DNA of 64,000 nt from Antechinus flavipes (lineage: Eukaryota). The DNA is taken from positions 589,186,001 to 589,250,000 of the forward strand of contig NC_067399.1 of assembly GCF_016432865.1 (NCBI RefSeq), written 5' to 3'. A model generated the notes under the pieces. That model was not told the origin of the DNA and searched no databases. It was given only the letters and a program-made list of their open reading frames with translations. A program made the translations under genes and the position numbers. Positions 1-10,939 of the stretch are shown here, one piece after another; the stretch's first letter is position 1, and each line of letters opens with the position of its first letter.

Positions 1-1063
1 GGAGCTAAAGGCAATAGGTTTGTGTGCTTTGTTCAGACTGCCGAGCCCTTGAAAAACAAGTGAGCAATTAACTGTAGTTGTTCTATCTACCCCCTCTCCT
101 CCCTCTCAATCAAACCATTCTTGTAATAAGAGGGAGTAGCAAAGATACATTTGGGTGTTGCCTAACAGGTAGCAATACCTTAACCACAGCGGTAATTCTA
201 GAACAGATTATTTTCTTTAGATAGCTTTCTTTTATTGCTAAATTGCGTACCTAGCTAAGAGTTCCAACAGAATAAACTCCACCCTTCCAAGAGTCCTTTT
301 CCCCAACTCCTTTTCAGCCAATCTATTAAAAAAGAACAGGCAGTAATATTGCTGCTGACTGAGGCAATTACATTAACTCAATTCTGAAAAAAAAATTCTA
401 GGAACCCTTCCTGGTCAGTCTTTAAGAGCTAGATAATAGTGATAGTAATTTGTATAGTGGTTTGTGGAGGTAGTCCAAGTTAGTGAATAGAATGCTGGTG
501 TTGGTATTAGAAAAACCTTCTTCATGTCTTATCTCTGACACTTACAAGTTGTGTGCTAGTAGGGAACTTAAATAAGCCATCATTGTCCCTGGACAACTCT
601 CTTAAATTATAAGTTTCAGATAGGTTACTCATCTGCATTGGTGGAAAATGTTTCATAAAAGGATTTCCCTATTAGGATGACAGCGTTTTCTCCTACTTTA
701 TGTTATTTCATCCTTATAGTAACCTTGTGAAGTGGGTCGATAAAAATCTTTGCCAATTTACAAAGAAAAACACTGACAAATTTTCCACTTTATAAAAGTG
801 AAGAGAAATGAGATATCTTATCCAATTTAATAGGGTGAATTGGTAGCTAAGCTTGTTAGTATTCAGTCTGAATCAGAGTTCCCTCATGTAAATAGTATTT
901 ACATAGTCCCTTTTTAGCACATTATGTCTAAATAAATTATTGTTGAATGAATAAGTGGATCTCTTGTGATTCTGTTGAAGCTAGAGGAGAGAGAAATGGC
1001 AATAGGAAAAGTATCCCCATAAACATTACCATAGTGTCATAATTTCTTCCTATATGGAAACAA

Positions 1064-1270
1064 TAATAATAGCAAGCATTTTATAGCATTTTAAGATTTG
1101 CAAACCATTTTACAAATATTACCTCATGCTATCCTCACAACAGGCAGGTACTATTATTCTTTTTATTTTACAAATGAGGAAACTGATGTTGACAGAGGTT
1201 AATTGACTTTGCAAAGATCCCATAATTAGTAAATGTCTGGAACCAGATTTGATGCATATCTTCCTGACTC
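1064..1270 (-). mobile_element. CORE-SINE (MIR/Ther-1-like, marsupial type)
   Basis: CORE motif ttttacaaatgaggaaactga and typical tail agcattttatagcattttaagatttgcaaa. Confidence 0.8.
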
Positions 1271-1276
1271 AAGAAA

Positions 1277-1390
1277 TCAGTAAATATTTATTAAATACCT
1301 TCTTTGTGCCAGGGACTATGCTAAGAATTAAGGATACAAATATAAAAATAAAAGTTCTGTCCACAAGGAGCTTACATTCTAACAGGAAGT
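1277..1390 (-). mobile_element. L2 3' end fragment
   Basis: Typical L2 tail (aaatatttattaaatacc...tgtgccagg...ctatgctaag...caaggagcttacattcta). Confidence 0.75.
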
Positions 1391-3914
1391 CACATCAAAG
1401 AAAGATGAAAAGGAGAAGGAGGTGCCCCATATTAGAGCTTGCTGAAAAAGCCAAAGAAGTTCAAAAATGAGTATAGCCAGGTAGGAAATGAGGAAATGCC
1501 TCTAAACCTATCACTGATGGATAGAGTGCTATCCATCATCATTGGTACAAAGCAGCATGATAGGAGAAAAAATCTGGGACATGGGAAATACTGGTTCTGG
1601 ATTCTGTTTTGTCAGTTCTATCCCTTACCTCTATTCATCCTCTGAGCTTTCCAACCTATACTCAAACTACAGATATTTCAATGTTGAGACCACTACCTCT
1701 GTTCCTTGTCACTTATTTGGTCTTTTTTCCTTTCATGAAGAGGGGAGAAGAAGAAACACTTTATATGTGCCATCTCATTTGAGAGTCAATAATTCTATAG
1801 GGTAGGTGCTATTATTATTACCATTTTATAGTTGAGCAAACTGAGGCAAATGGAAGTTAGATAATTTGCCTGCTGACATGCAACTAATAAGTACCTAAGA
1901 CTCAATTTAGGTCTTCCTAACTCCAGGTCCAATACTCTATCCACTGCACCACCAACTGCTTTATGAAGAGGAGAGCAGATAGCACTTCTAGCATAGTACC
2001 CACTGAGAACTACTAAACCTTTATTAATGTAACATCCCTCTGTGGCAGGGGATTTCTTTGGGAAAGTCTTGGTTGGGCAGTGGCTGGCTCTTATCTCCAC
2101 AGGAAGCCTTGGATTATTGGGTCACAGATTAAGAGAGGAAAATGATATTAGATGCCATCTAAACTAACCCCTGAATTTTGCACGTGAAGAAATTGAAGCC
2201 CAAGAAGGCTATGGAATCTATCCAGTGTTATGCATGTAGTATAAACATCAGGAGAGAGATTTGAACACAGAGCAAACATCCTTTCCATTGCACTATGCTG
2301 CTTTTCATGCAGTGATTCAGAAGCTCGGTATTTTGTTTATTGTTTTCCTCTATTGAATGGGGATTATAATTTAATTACCTAATTCATTTAAAGTAAATAT
2401 CTAGCTGTCCTCAGAAATGGGGTGAAGCCATATTAATTGATGGTCATTGATTAACAGCAAACATTCATCTTCAGGCCAAGAAGCCGATTTGGGTTTTTTG
2501 AGGAATGTCTCCCTGTTCAGCATGTCTCTTCCTGATTCTTATCAGTAGAAAGACAGTTTCCTTCATTTAAACTTTCCAGAGGGCATACAAAGTGGTTGAC
2601 TGGGAATCTTCAAGCTATTGATTTCTGTGTTCCATACCAAGCTAAAAGGGGTCTTCTCTAGGAAGAGAAGGATTCATTCTTGAGCTCCTAGCTCCTTGAA
2701 TGCTTACTCTACTCTTTTCTGCAGACAGCACTTTAAATAGGCGAGTTAATGAGAAGGCAGCTGACTGTTAGAAAAGCAGGGCTATTGAAGGATATGCATC
2801 AGCTAGAAGGAACAGTTCTAGGATAAGGCAAATGTATAGCCTGATTGTCTTTATTTCCCTTTATGGATCTGAAATAATAGAAAGGAGAGGACTGGATGTA
2901 AATTTCTAATTTAAAAAAATATATCAATCAGTCTTGGGTAGGAATAAGGGGAGGATGGTAAAGCAATGAACTTAACTTTCCCAGGTCTTGCTCTCTAGTC
3001 TTTAATAAAGTGATATATCTAATATAACTCTGGCTTTGATTTTTCTCTCAATATTCCTTCTTGTGATTGGGTATCCTTGGTGAGTTTTGTACTTCTGTAT
3101 GGATAGGCAACATTGTGTTTTTTCAGTTAGGTCAAGAGAAATGCCCCAGCCTCTTGCATCTGATGAGCCTTACAAGTAAATCAAAGCTTTATCATGCTGT
3201 GACTAGATTAATAGAATAGTTCAGAACCAGTCAGAAAATGATGGAAGTCGGGAGATTCTGAGCATTGTTAGTTCTCTGTGTGTGCTCCAGAGGAGGGAGC
3301 TGAAACAGTTCTCAGGATACAAACTCAGGAGGGAAAATAGCCTGTGAAGATGAAAATCAGAGCCATAACTAGAATGGGTCAACAAGGACTTTGTCCCAGA
3401 GCAATGAGCTACAATTTGAAGGTACCAAAATTAGACTTATAGCACTTGTAATCCTTCAGCATTGTAGAATTAAAGTGCTTAGCACCTGGTTAGTAAGAAT
3501 AATTAGTTAAAATAGAAAGCTACCAGAAGGAATGTTGGTCTTCTCCCCTGCCTGCTTATGTCTTAGCTGTGCACTGATCTAGCAGCAGCCTTACACTACT
3601 ATTTCAAGGTTTCCTTTTCTTCCAAGGAATAGGATCCCTTATGTTTGCTGTCAGTTTCCCCAGTCATGATTTGTGATACAAACCTTAACACAAGAATTCC
3701 AAGTTATGGTTCCAATGGAAACATTGCTGTCTTATTTGTTATTTTCTAGATAAACAATGTCTAAGAGACTGCACAGCAAGGAGTATGAATTAAATAAGAT
3801 CACACATATGAAAACACTTTGAAAAATACTTAAGTTGGACAAATATATGGCTATTATTAATAAATATCATAGAGGACAGAGTCAGGGAGCTCCTATGTTC
3901 TATCGATCATAGTC

Positions 3915-4700
3915 AGTCAATAAGTATTTATTAAGTGTCTACTATGTGAAAGGTACTGTACTAAGTGCTGGGAAAAAATTTTTTGGGATCTTAGAAACTA
4001 ACGGAGGAGTCAGCAAGCCAACAAAGATTCATATATAAGCTATATGCAGCATAAATAGGAAATAACGAGAGGAAAGGAGTTTTAAAATTAAGAAAGTTTG
4101 GGAAAGGCTTCCCATAGAAGATAGGATTTTAGTTGGGATGTGAAAGAAGCTAGGGAAGCCAGGTAGTAGAAATGAGGAAGGAGATCATGTACTACAACTA
4201 GAGAAAATGCCCAGAGCTGAGTAGGAGTGTCTTATTCATGGAACACCAATAAGCCAGTGTTACTGAATCAAAGAATATATGGTGGTGTTAAAGTGTAAAA
4301 AGACTGAAAAAAGACTGGAAAGACTGGGCATAGGTTATGAAGGGCATTGAACATCAAAGGATTTTATATTCGAAGCTGCAGGCAATAGGGAGCCAGCAGA
4401 GTTTATGAAATAGGAGCTATGGGATGGTCAAGGCTTGTACGCTAGGAAAAATCATTTTGATAGTTGAATGGATGATGGGAGAAGGGAGAGACATGAAACC
4501 TGCTATTGCAATAGTCCAAGCAGGAGATGATGAAGAATATTGCCAGAATAGTATATATGTCAGAGAAGATAAGGGAGCATTTTGGAGAGATGTTGCAAAG
4601 ATGAAATTGACAACTAAGAGAGTGAGAAATAATAAGAAGTCTAGGATGACAATCAGTGAGCCTAGGGGGACTGTAAGAATGATGGAGCCCAGGAAAGTAT
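3915..4700 (-). mobile_element. L2 fragment
   Basis: L2 tail at 3915-3975 followed by purine-rich internal L2 sequence (tgctattgcaatagtccaagc etc.). Confidence 0.65.
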
Positions 4701-6351
4701 CAGGGAGGTTAGGGAGAGAGAGGACCGACTAGGAAAGAACATGAGCAACTACCATAGTCTGCATAGGAAGATATCCAGGGGTCACTTAATTCAACCTCTA
4801 CTCCCTAGACAGAACACTGTTCAAAACATGCTAGACAAGTGGTTTCAAGCAGATCATCTGGTACTTCACATTATAAGATTTTGGAAACTGCCCTTGGTTT
4901 AATAGTCCCTCAGGACTACTTTCTGTTTTCTAACAACTCTTTCCTGCTGGCACCTCATGTTCTCCCATGCCTTAAACATACTTAATCTGTCCATCTGAAA
5001 AACATAGAAATCACAAGGTAAGTGGAAGATAATGTGATATTTCTGTTGATATTTAACTATCATGTAAAAAAGTCCTTTTTTGACCACTTAATTTCCCACC
5101 ATGGAATATAGACCATAAATTCTTGAGGGTGGAGAATATTTCCCATGTTTGTCTTTTTGTTCCTAAGTCCTAATCAGCATTGTAGGTGTATGATAAATAC
5201 TTATTGATTATTAATACCTGGCCTAGCACATAATAGGTACTCTATAAATATTTGCTGATCAGTTGTCCAAGGTCACACCATCATGTTGCAAGTAACTTCC
5301 AGTTGTCTGAATTCGGGACTATTTCTACAGCATCTTAGTCCCCTCTTGAACCTTAAAGTGACCATAAAGCTAGAATATATTCTCTTTTTAAGATATTTAT
5401 TTATGTATAAATAATACCATTACTGAGGCAAAAAAAAGGAAAGTAGGAAAAAACATATTCCAATGTTATTTTAAAACAGAAAACCACCTTCCTTTAGGGA
5501 TTATTATTATTATTAAACGTGGGAGATCTTAAAGGGAAGCCTTGATTATGCATGGTGGGATTCTCAGGTCCTTCCAGAATCCTGTGTATAAAACTCTTCA
5601 GCACTGTCCGCGAGCCGCCAGCAGGTGTCAGTGCTCCCTCACTCTGTACATGAGAGCGCGGACTCCTTTAGATTTCAAAGAGACTGCTAGATCCCTCCCT
5701 GGTCCACTTAAAGCTTCTCAATGCCCCCAGCCTCCTGGGGTGGATAATTACTATCAGTTCTAACAGCTTCTAATCAACACTCTCTCTTCCGCTAGTCCTT
5801 CTTCCCTCCCCGGGTAGGGTAGGCAGAATAGAGGCGGTGGTCTTGAACCTTCAAACCTCTTCTACCATCCAACATCCAGCTGCCTGATCCACCTCAGCTG
5901 GAGATGGCCAGAAGATGCCTGTTCCTGTCTAGAGGGTATGAGAGCAGAAGAAAAAGATATAGTACTTAACTGCGAAAATGGGTTATCGTGGCTTCCTCTT
6001 TCTTTCCCTGAGGCTACACCGGGTACATATTGGTTCCACTTACCACAAGGTAGAGGGGTATTTCCCTCTCCTTTGACCGCTGGGGATCCCTCTTGTATAA
6101 TCATCTGAGACGCCCCGGAGCGAGATGACTACTTCTGGTTTTACCCAGTGCTCGACTTCCTACTTATCTAGATTCAGCATTCTCATCTCGGACCTGAGTC
6201 GTCTAAATGCCTTGGCCACCTGTGCGTACTCACAGTTCCACCAGGAGACCCAGTCCTAATTCCTATCTCTCTTCACCTTCTGTTTTTCGTTTCCCGTTAC
6301 CTCGAATAGCTCTTCAAAAGTCTGGTCCCCAAGAGGGGTGCAGGGATGTAG

Positions 6352-6355
<4 letters not shown>

Positions 6356-6437
<82 letters not shown>
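6356..6437 (+). repeat. (GA)41 microsatellite, continuing as a purine-rich tract to ~6518
   Basis: Direct read: uninterrupted GA dinucleotides 6356-6437. Confidence 0.97.
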
Positions 6438-6438
<1 letters not shown>

Positions 6439-6519
6439 GTGAGGGAGGGGAAGAGGGAGAGAGGGAGCAGAAAGAGCAGAGATGGAGAAAGAAGAGAGGA
6501 GAGAGAGAGGGGAGGGAAT

Positions 6520-6611
6520 GGGGCGGGAAGGGGGCGGAGGAGGGTCGGGTTCCCACGTGGGGACTGACGCTGGCTGCTCAGCAACGCCGGCTTGATCTTG
6601 GGGCTATAAAA
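6520..6611 (+). promoter_or_regulatory. ADRA2A core promoter: GC boxes, E-box, CRE half-site, TATA box
   Basis: GGGGCGGG 6520-6527, GGGGCGGAG 6531-6539, CACGTG 6554-6559, TGACG 6565-6569, TATAAAA 6605-6611, in a CpG-enriched stretch. This predicts a TSS near 6635 and a ~1.1 kb leader, in line with the long leader of eutherian ADRA2A. Confidence 0.75.
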
Positions 6612-6927
6612 CCAGTCCACTGTGAGGGAAGACAACAGCACTAGTTCCAGTTCTATTGGAGACGCAAAGAGGCTCGCCCTGTCCTGGCTCCCTGGACATC
6701 CAGCCTGCACCCCTCACTCCTCTCTGACTCTTGTTTCACTCGCCCCACTCCCAACAAGGTCCAGTCCGCGTTCAACTTGAGATCCGACCTAAGGTGCTGT
6801 CCAACCAACCTTGGCGCTGGATTAGGCAGCGCCCGGGCGCAGAAGAACGCCGGGGCCACAGCTAACAAAGGACAGTTTTTCTTCAGACAAGTTGAGGAAG
6901 GAGACCACTTCTCGCTCCCCGTGTCTT

Positions 6928-7068
6928 ATGCCCAATTTTCCAGTGCCGCTGGGGAGTCTTCAAGGTACACCTGTACAATCCATTGGGGCGCTCAAGTTGG
7001 AGATCTTGAGAAGGGGATCTGAAGAGAAAGAAGCTAACGTGGGCCTTCCCTGTATCAGTATCCTGTGA
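6928..7068 (+). other. uORF1 in the predicted ADRA2A leader (46 aa, MPNFPVPLGSLQGTPVQSIGALKLEILRRGSEEKEANVGLPCISIL*)
   Basis: First ATG after the TATA box, weak context (cttATGc); TGA at 7066-7068. Translation is not demonstrated. Confidence 0.5.
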
Positions 7069-7514
7069 AGGAGAAGAGAAATCCACTAACAGCTTAAAGG
7101 ACTTTAGAAAGCAGAGATCAGTTTTCTCTCCTTCCTTCTTATCTTCCTGGCAACACCGGAGCCCCCAGACCCCTTTTCTGAGACCCGAGTGGGGGGCGGG
7201 GTTCCTATTGAGCAACCTTCACCACGGTAAGAGAGACTTGCTTTCCACTCCAGATCTGAAGTGAAAAAGCCATACATTTCTTGTCCATTCTTCCAAATAA
7301 AAAGGGCAGATTCTCCTTTTTCTCCCCTCCCCTTATCTCTTTTTTCTTTGGAGAATCAGGATTTCTCCTCCTGCTTGGCCTTGCGTTTGGAAATAAAACT
7401 TGGATTTACGAGTAGGGAGTGGGTGAAAAAGGGAAAGAGGAGACCAAGACCACCGTAAGGTGGGGGATATTGTGATCTCCCCGGTAGCTGCTGCGGGATA
7501 AGAAGACTGAGACC

Positions 7515-7526
7515 ATGGGCTGCTAG
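7515..7526 (+). other. uORF2, Met-Gly-Cys-stop, in strong Kozak context
   Basis: gACCATGGGCTGCTAG read directly (A at -3, G at +4). Confidence 0.6.
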
Positions 7527-7612
7527 TTTTATTCATAGCACTTCTCCAATTCCCTCCTCTCTTTCCCCACACACTGCCTTTCTGAATCCCCTCCCCCAGA
7601 TAGCAGCGCCCC

Positions 7613-7618
7613 ATGTGA
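7613..7618 (+). other. Start-stop uORF3 (ATG TGA)
   Basis: cccATGTGA read directly, ~110 nt upstream of the main ATG. Confidence 0.5.
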
Positions 7619-7728
7619 GCCACCGAGAGCTTTCTCGGGGTGGGGGTGGGGGTAGGGGAAGAGAACTGAAATCCCGGAGAAAAAAGACAGAGTTGGGACT
7701 GAGTGGAGGGGAGGAGGAGTTTGTTTTC

Positions 7729-9045
7729 ATGTTACACCGGGATCACCCGCTGGCGGAGGGGAGTTTCGCCCCTATGGGGTCCCTTCAGCCGGACTCAGGC
7801 AATGGAAGCTTAAACGGAACTGAACCGGGTGGGGGATCGCGGCAGACCCCTTATTCATTGCAGGTGACCCTGACCCTGGTTAGCTTGGCTGGGCTGCTCA
7901 TGCTGTTAACTGTGTTCGGCAACGTGCTGGTCATCATCGCAGTGTTCACCAGTCGAGCCCTCAAGGCACCCCAGAACCTGTTCTTAGTGTCTCTGGCCTC
8001 GGCTGACATCCTTGTAGCCACGCTGGTCATTCCCTTCTCACTGGCCAACGAGGTGATGGGTTACTGGTACTTCGGCAAGGTGTGGTGTGAAATCTATCTG
8101 GCCCTAGATGTGCTCTTCTGCACGTCCAGCATTGTGCACCTGTGCGCCATCAGCCTAGATCGCTACTGGTCTATCACTCAAGCGATCGAGTACAACCTGA
8201 AGCGGACACCCAGACGTATCAAGGCCATCATCTTCACTGTGTGGGTCATCTCGGCTGTTATTTCCTTCCCACCCCTCATCTCCATCGAGAAGAAGGGAGG
8301 TGGCAAGCAAGTGGAGCCCTTATGTGAGATCAACGATCAAAAGTGGTACGTTATCTCCTCCTGCATCGGTTCTTTCTTTGCCCCCTGCCTCATCATGATC
8401 CTAGTATACGTACGTATCTACCAGATCGCCAAGCGTCGCACCAGGGTGCCGCCCAGCCGGCGCAGCGAAGGCAGCGAGGCTGCTGAGCGCCGTCCCAACG
8501 GGCTTCCAGACCGGGGAGGTGGGGAAGACCAACCTCTGCCTGCCAAGCTCAACGGGGCGGGAGAGCCAGTCCCAACCGAGAGGGAGGTGAACGGACTGGA
8601 CTTGGAGGAAAGCTCCTCATCAGAGCACCCGGAGCAGACGCCGGGCCCCACTGGTCCTCGAAAAGGGGAGCGGCCCCCCAGGGGAAAGAGCAAGACAAAA
8701 ATGAGCCAGGTGAAGCCTGGTGACAGCCTGCCCCGGAGAGGGGGCGAGGAAGAGCGGGGCGCCAAAGCGTCTCGCTGGCGAGGGCGCCAGAACCGCGAGA
8801 AGCGTTTCACCTTTGTGCTAGCCGTGGTCATTGGGGTCTTTGTAGTCTGTTGGTTTCCCTTCTTCTTCACCTACACGCTCACCGCAGTCTGCTGCTCCGT
8901 CCCCCCCACCCTCTTCAAGTTCTTCTTCTGGTTTGGTTACTGCAACAGCTCACTCAATCCGGTCATCTATACTATTTTCAACCACGACTTCCGCCGGGCC
9001 TTCAAGAAAATCCTCTGCCGAGTGGATAGGAAGCGCATCGTGTGA
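7729..9045 (+). CDS. ADRA2A: Alpha-2A adrenergic receptor, single-exon class A GPCR. 438 aa from ATG 7729, or 423 aa from the second in-frame ATG at 7774.
   Basis: The translation closely follows the human ADRA2A sequence as I recall it: [17 protein letters not shown]-terminus, TM3 DVLFC (Asp113), DRY, ECL2 [11 protein letters not shown]5 SSCIGS, ICL3 LEESSSS, NPVIY, C-terminal KKILCR..RKRIV. The ORF track starts at GTG 7615, but the homologous start is ATG 7729. Confidence 0.98.
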   Translation: MLHRDHPLAEGSFAPMGSLQPDSGNGSLNGTEPGGGSRQTPYSLQVTLTLVSLAGLLMLLTVFGNVLVIIAVFTSRALKAPQNLFLVSLASADILVATLVIPFSLANEVMGYWYFGKVWCEIYLALDVLFCTSSIVHLCAISLDRYWSITQAIEYNLKRTPRRIKAIIFTVWVISAVISFPPLISIEKKGGGKQVEPLCEINDQKWYVISSCIGSFFAPCLIMILVYVRIYQIAKRRTRVPPSRRSEGSEAAERRPNGLPDRGGGEDQPLPAKLNGAGEPVPTEREVNGLDLEESSSSEHPEQTPGPTGPRKGERPPRGKSKTKMSQVKPGDSLPRRGGEEERGAKASRWRGRQNREKRFTFVLAVVIGVFVVCWFPFFFTYTLTAVCCSVPPTLFKFFFWFGYCNSSLNPVIYTIFNHDFRRAFKKILCRVDRKRIV

Positions 9046-10670
9046 ACTGAAGCTACTACCCCACACGCCTCCATCCCCTCCACTCCTCATTCACACCCTG
9101 CAGTGCTCCCAGCCCTTCCCAACCTCTTGCTGTCTCTTTCCACCCCAGGGATCACCGGGAAGCTGGGAGGCATTCTTGCTTTTAGGGACGAAGTCCTGTC
9201 TCAGTCCTTGGAATAAAGACCGGGCAGAGAGAAAGAAAATACTCCGACCCAGGGCAGAGCAATAAAGCGGACTCGAGTAGGAGAAAGATGATACCATGAG
9301 AACAGTACTTGCACAGGCGCCTGGCTCTGTGTAAAGAGACTCATGACTAACCCAGATGTGTAGGGCTCTACAACCAGTAAGACTCCTTCCTGCTTCCAAA
9401 ACTTCCAAAAGGGATGCTCTGCAAGCCCAGCTTGCCTTCCCAGGGGTGGATAGCATTAGTATTCACTCATTGTGAAGTTCCAGTTGGAAAAACCTCCTTT
9501 TCTCCAGTTCATTTCTGGCCCCAAATAAGGGCCTCCAGCTGACCTTCGGCTGCATGCTACTCCATAGAGCAGTATTGTTTTCCAAAAGGTATTTCCCATT
9601 AACCCCAGGCCCAGACATCAGAAGTTAGGCTCAAATTGCACTTTGTGTTTGGGAAAAGAGAAAGTTGGAATTCTTGCAAAGAATTAATGGGGCAGTCGAA
9701 GCCAGGCTTTTTGCCAGGGCTAATTGCCCATTTCCTTCATGATTGTAAATCTGCACTCTTAAAAATAGTAAAGATGGGGTTACCTGTGTTGTGTTGTAAC
9801 TGATTGGTGTTGATATTGTTGTTTGAATTCCTACTGCTGGACTCACCTGCCAGAAGGAAGCATTATCTCTCCTAGAGAGTAAAACCCTTTGGCAGTGTAA
9901 GGTGGTTGTTACTGATTTTTTTGCTCCCTCCCTCCTTTTAAAGATCCTCTAGTGTCTTCTTCACCAGCAACTGGTGATTATTCCTGTGGATCTGGATGTG
10001 GTTTGATATTTCCTGACAGGGAAACATTTCTGTACATTTTCCCTGTGCCTATCAGCATAATTGCCTTTTCCTGTGTAAATATTACAGTAATAAATCAAGG
10101 CAGAGTTAAAGAAACTCCTTCTGACTTACCTTGAGCCTCTCTATATCATAATTATTTCATTCTCAGAACTGCAGCCTCAAATTTTCACTTGAAAACAGGA
10201 TTCATCACTCTTATTTTTTTCACCATGAAAGCAACTGCCTGAAGAATAAATATGTTTATATATAGTATATGGAAACCCTCACCAGTGGACACTGACTAAT
10301 AGGGAGGAGGGAGCACTTTAACTCCTGCCTTAAGAGACAGAGGGATAGAAATTATGTGGGCAAAGAAACCTTGTTACAACCTGCCCAAGTTAAACAGTGT
10401 GAAGAGACAATTGGTTCTGCCTGCCAAATTGTATAGTTATTGACAAAATAGTTTCTCAGCATCAAAAGTGTTGTCCTTTTTCTTCTTTCCTTGATCAGAC
10501 CATATTGTTTATAAACTCAGAAGGTGGGGTGTGAAGGTCTAAGACAAATGTTTACATCAGCATTTATACACATGTTTTTCAATATTGAGTCTTCAAGGAC
10601 TGCTACCATATTTCACCAAATGGGGAAAACAAAGTCATCAGATGTTACTAATAATACATATTTTTAAAAA

Positions 10671-10702
10671 AATAAAAGTTTACAGATCAAATGTGAAATA
10701 AA
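10671..10702 (+). terminator. Probable ADRA2A polyadenylation signals (two AATAAA)
   Basis: AATAAA at 10671-10676 and 10697-10702, followed by a U-rich stretch; SINE-dense DNA starts soon after. This implies a ~4 kb mRNA. Other AATAAA at 9212, 9261, 10089 and 10245 could be alternative sites. Confidence 0.55.
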
Positions 10703-10939
10703 CTAATTAAATGTTCCTGCCTCTCTTCATTTTTTTTAAAATCTTCAAAATCCCAAGCATAGGAGATAGTGTCCAACCTGTTGAATGAGACATTTTCTAA
10801 GAGTTTAGGAGAGGTTTTTTTTGGGAAAAGAGCACATGCATTTCCACAATGTAGCATTAATTCCAGGCTTGCACAATTTTTTTTTCAGCATTCTACACTG
10901 AATTTCCCTGGAGTCACAGGATTTAGAGGTAATTACATA

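Noticed and set aside
6207-6710. ORFs with (ER)n and (LS)n tracts
   Set aside because: These are translations of the GA microsatellite.
7615-7728. ORF-track N-terminal extension of ADRA2A (476 aa)
   Set aside because: It starts at GTG, overlapping an out-of-frame ATG-TGA. Homology to ADRA2A begins at ATG 7729.
8418-8870. 150-aa antisense ORF inside ADRA2A
   Set aside because: Shadow of a GC-rich coding strand; no recognisable domain.
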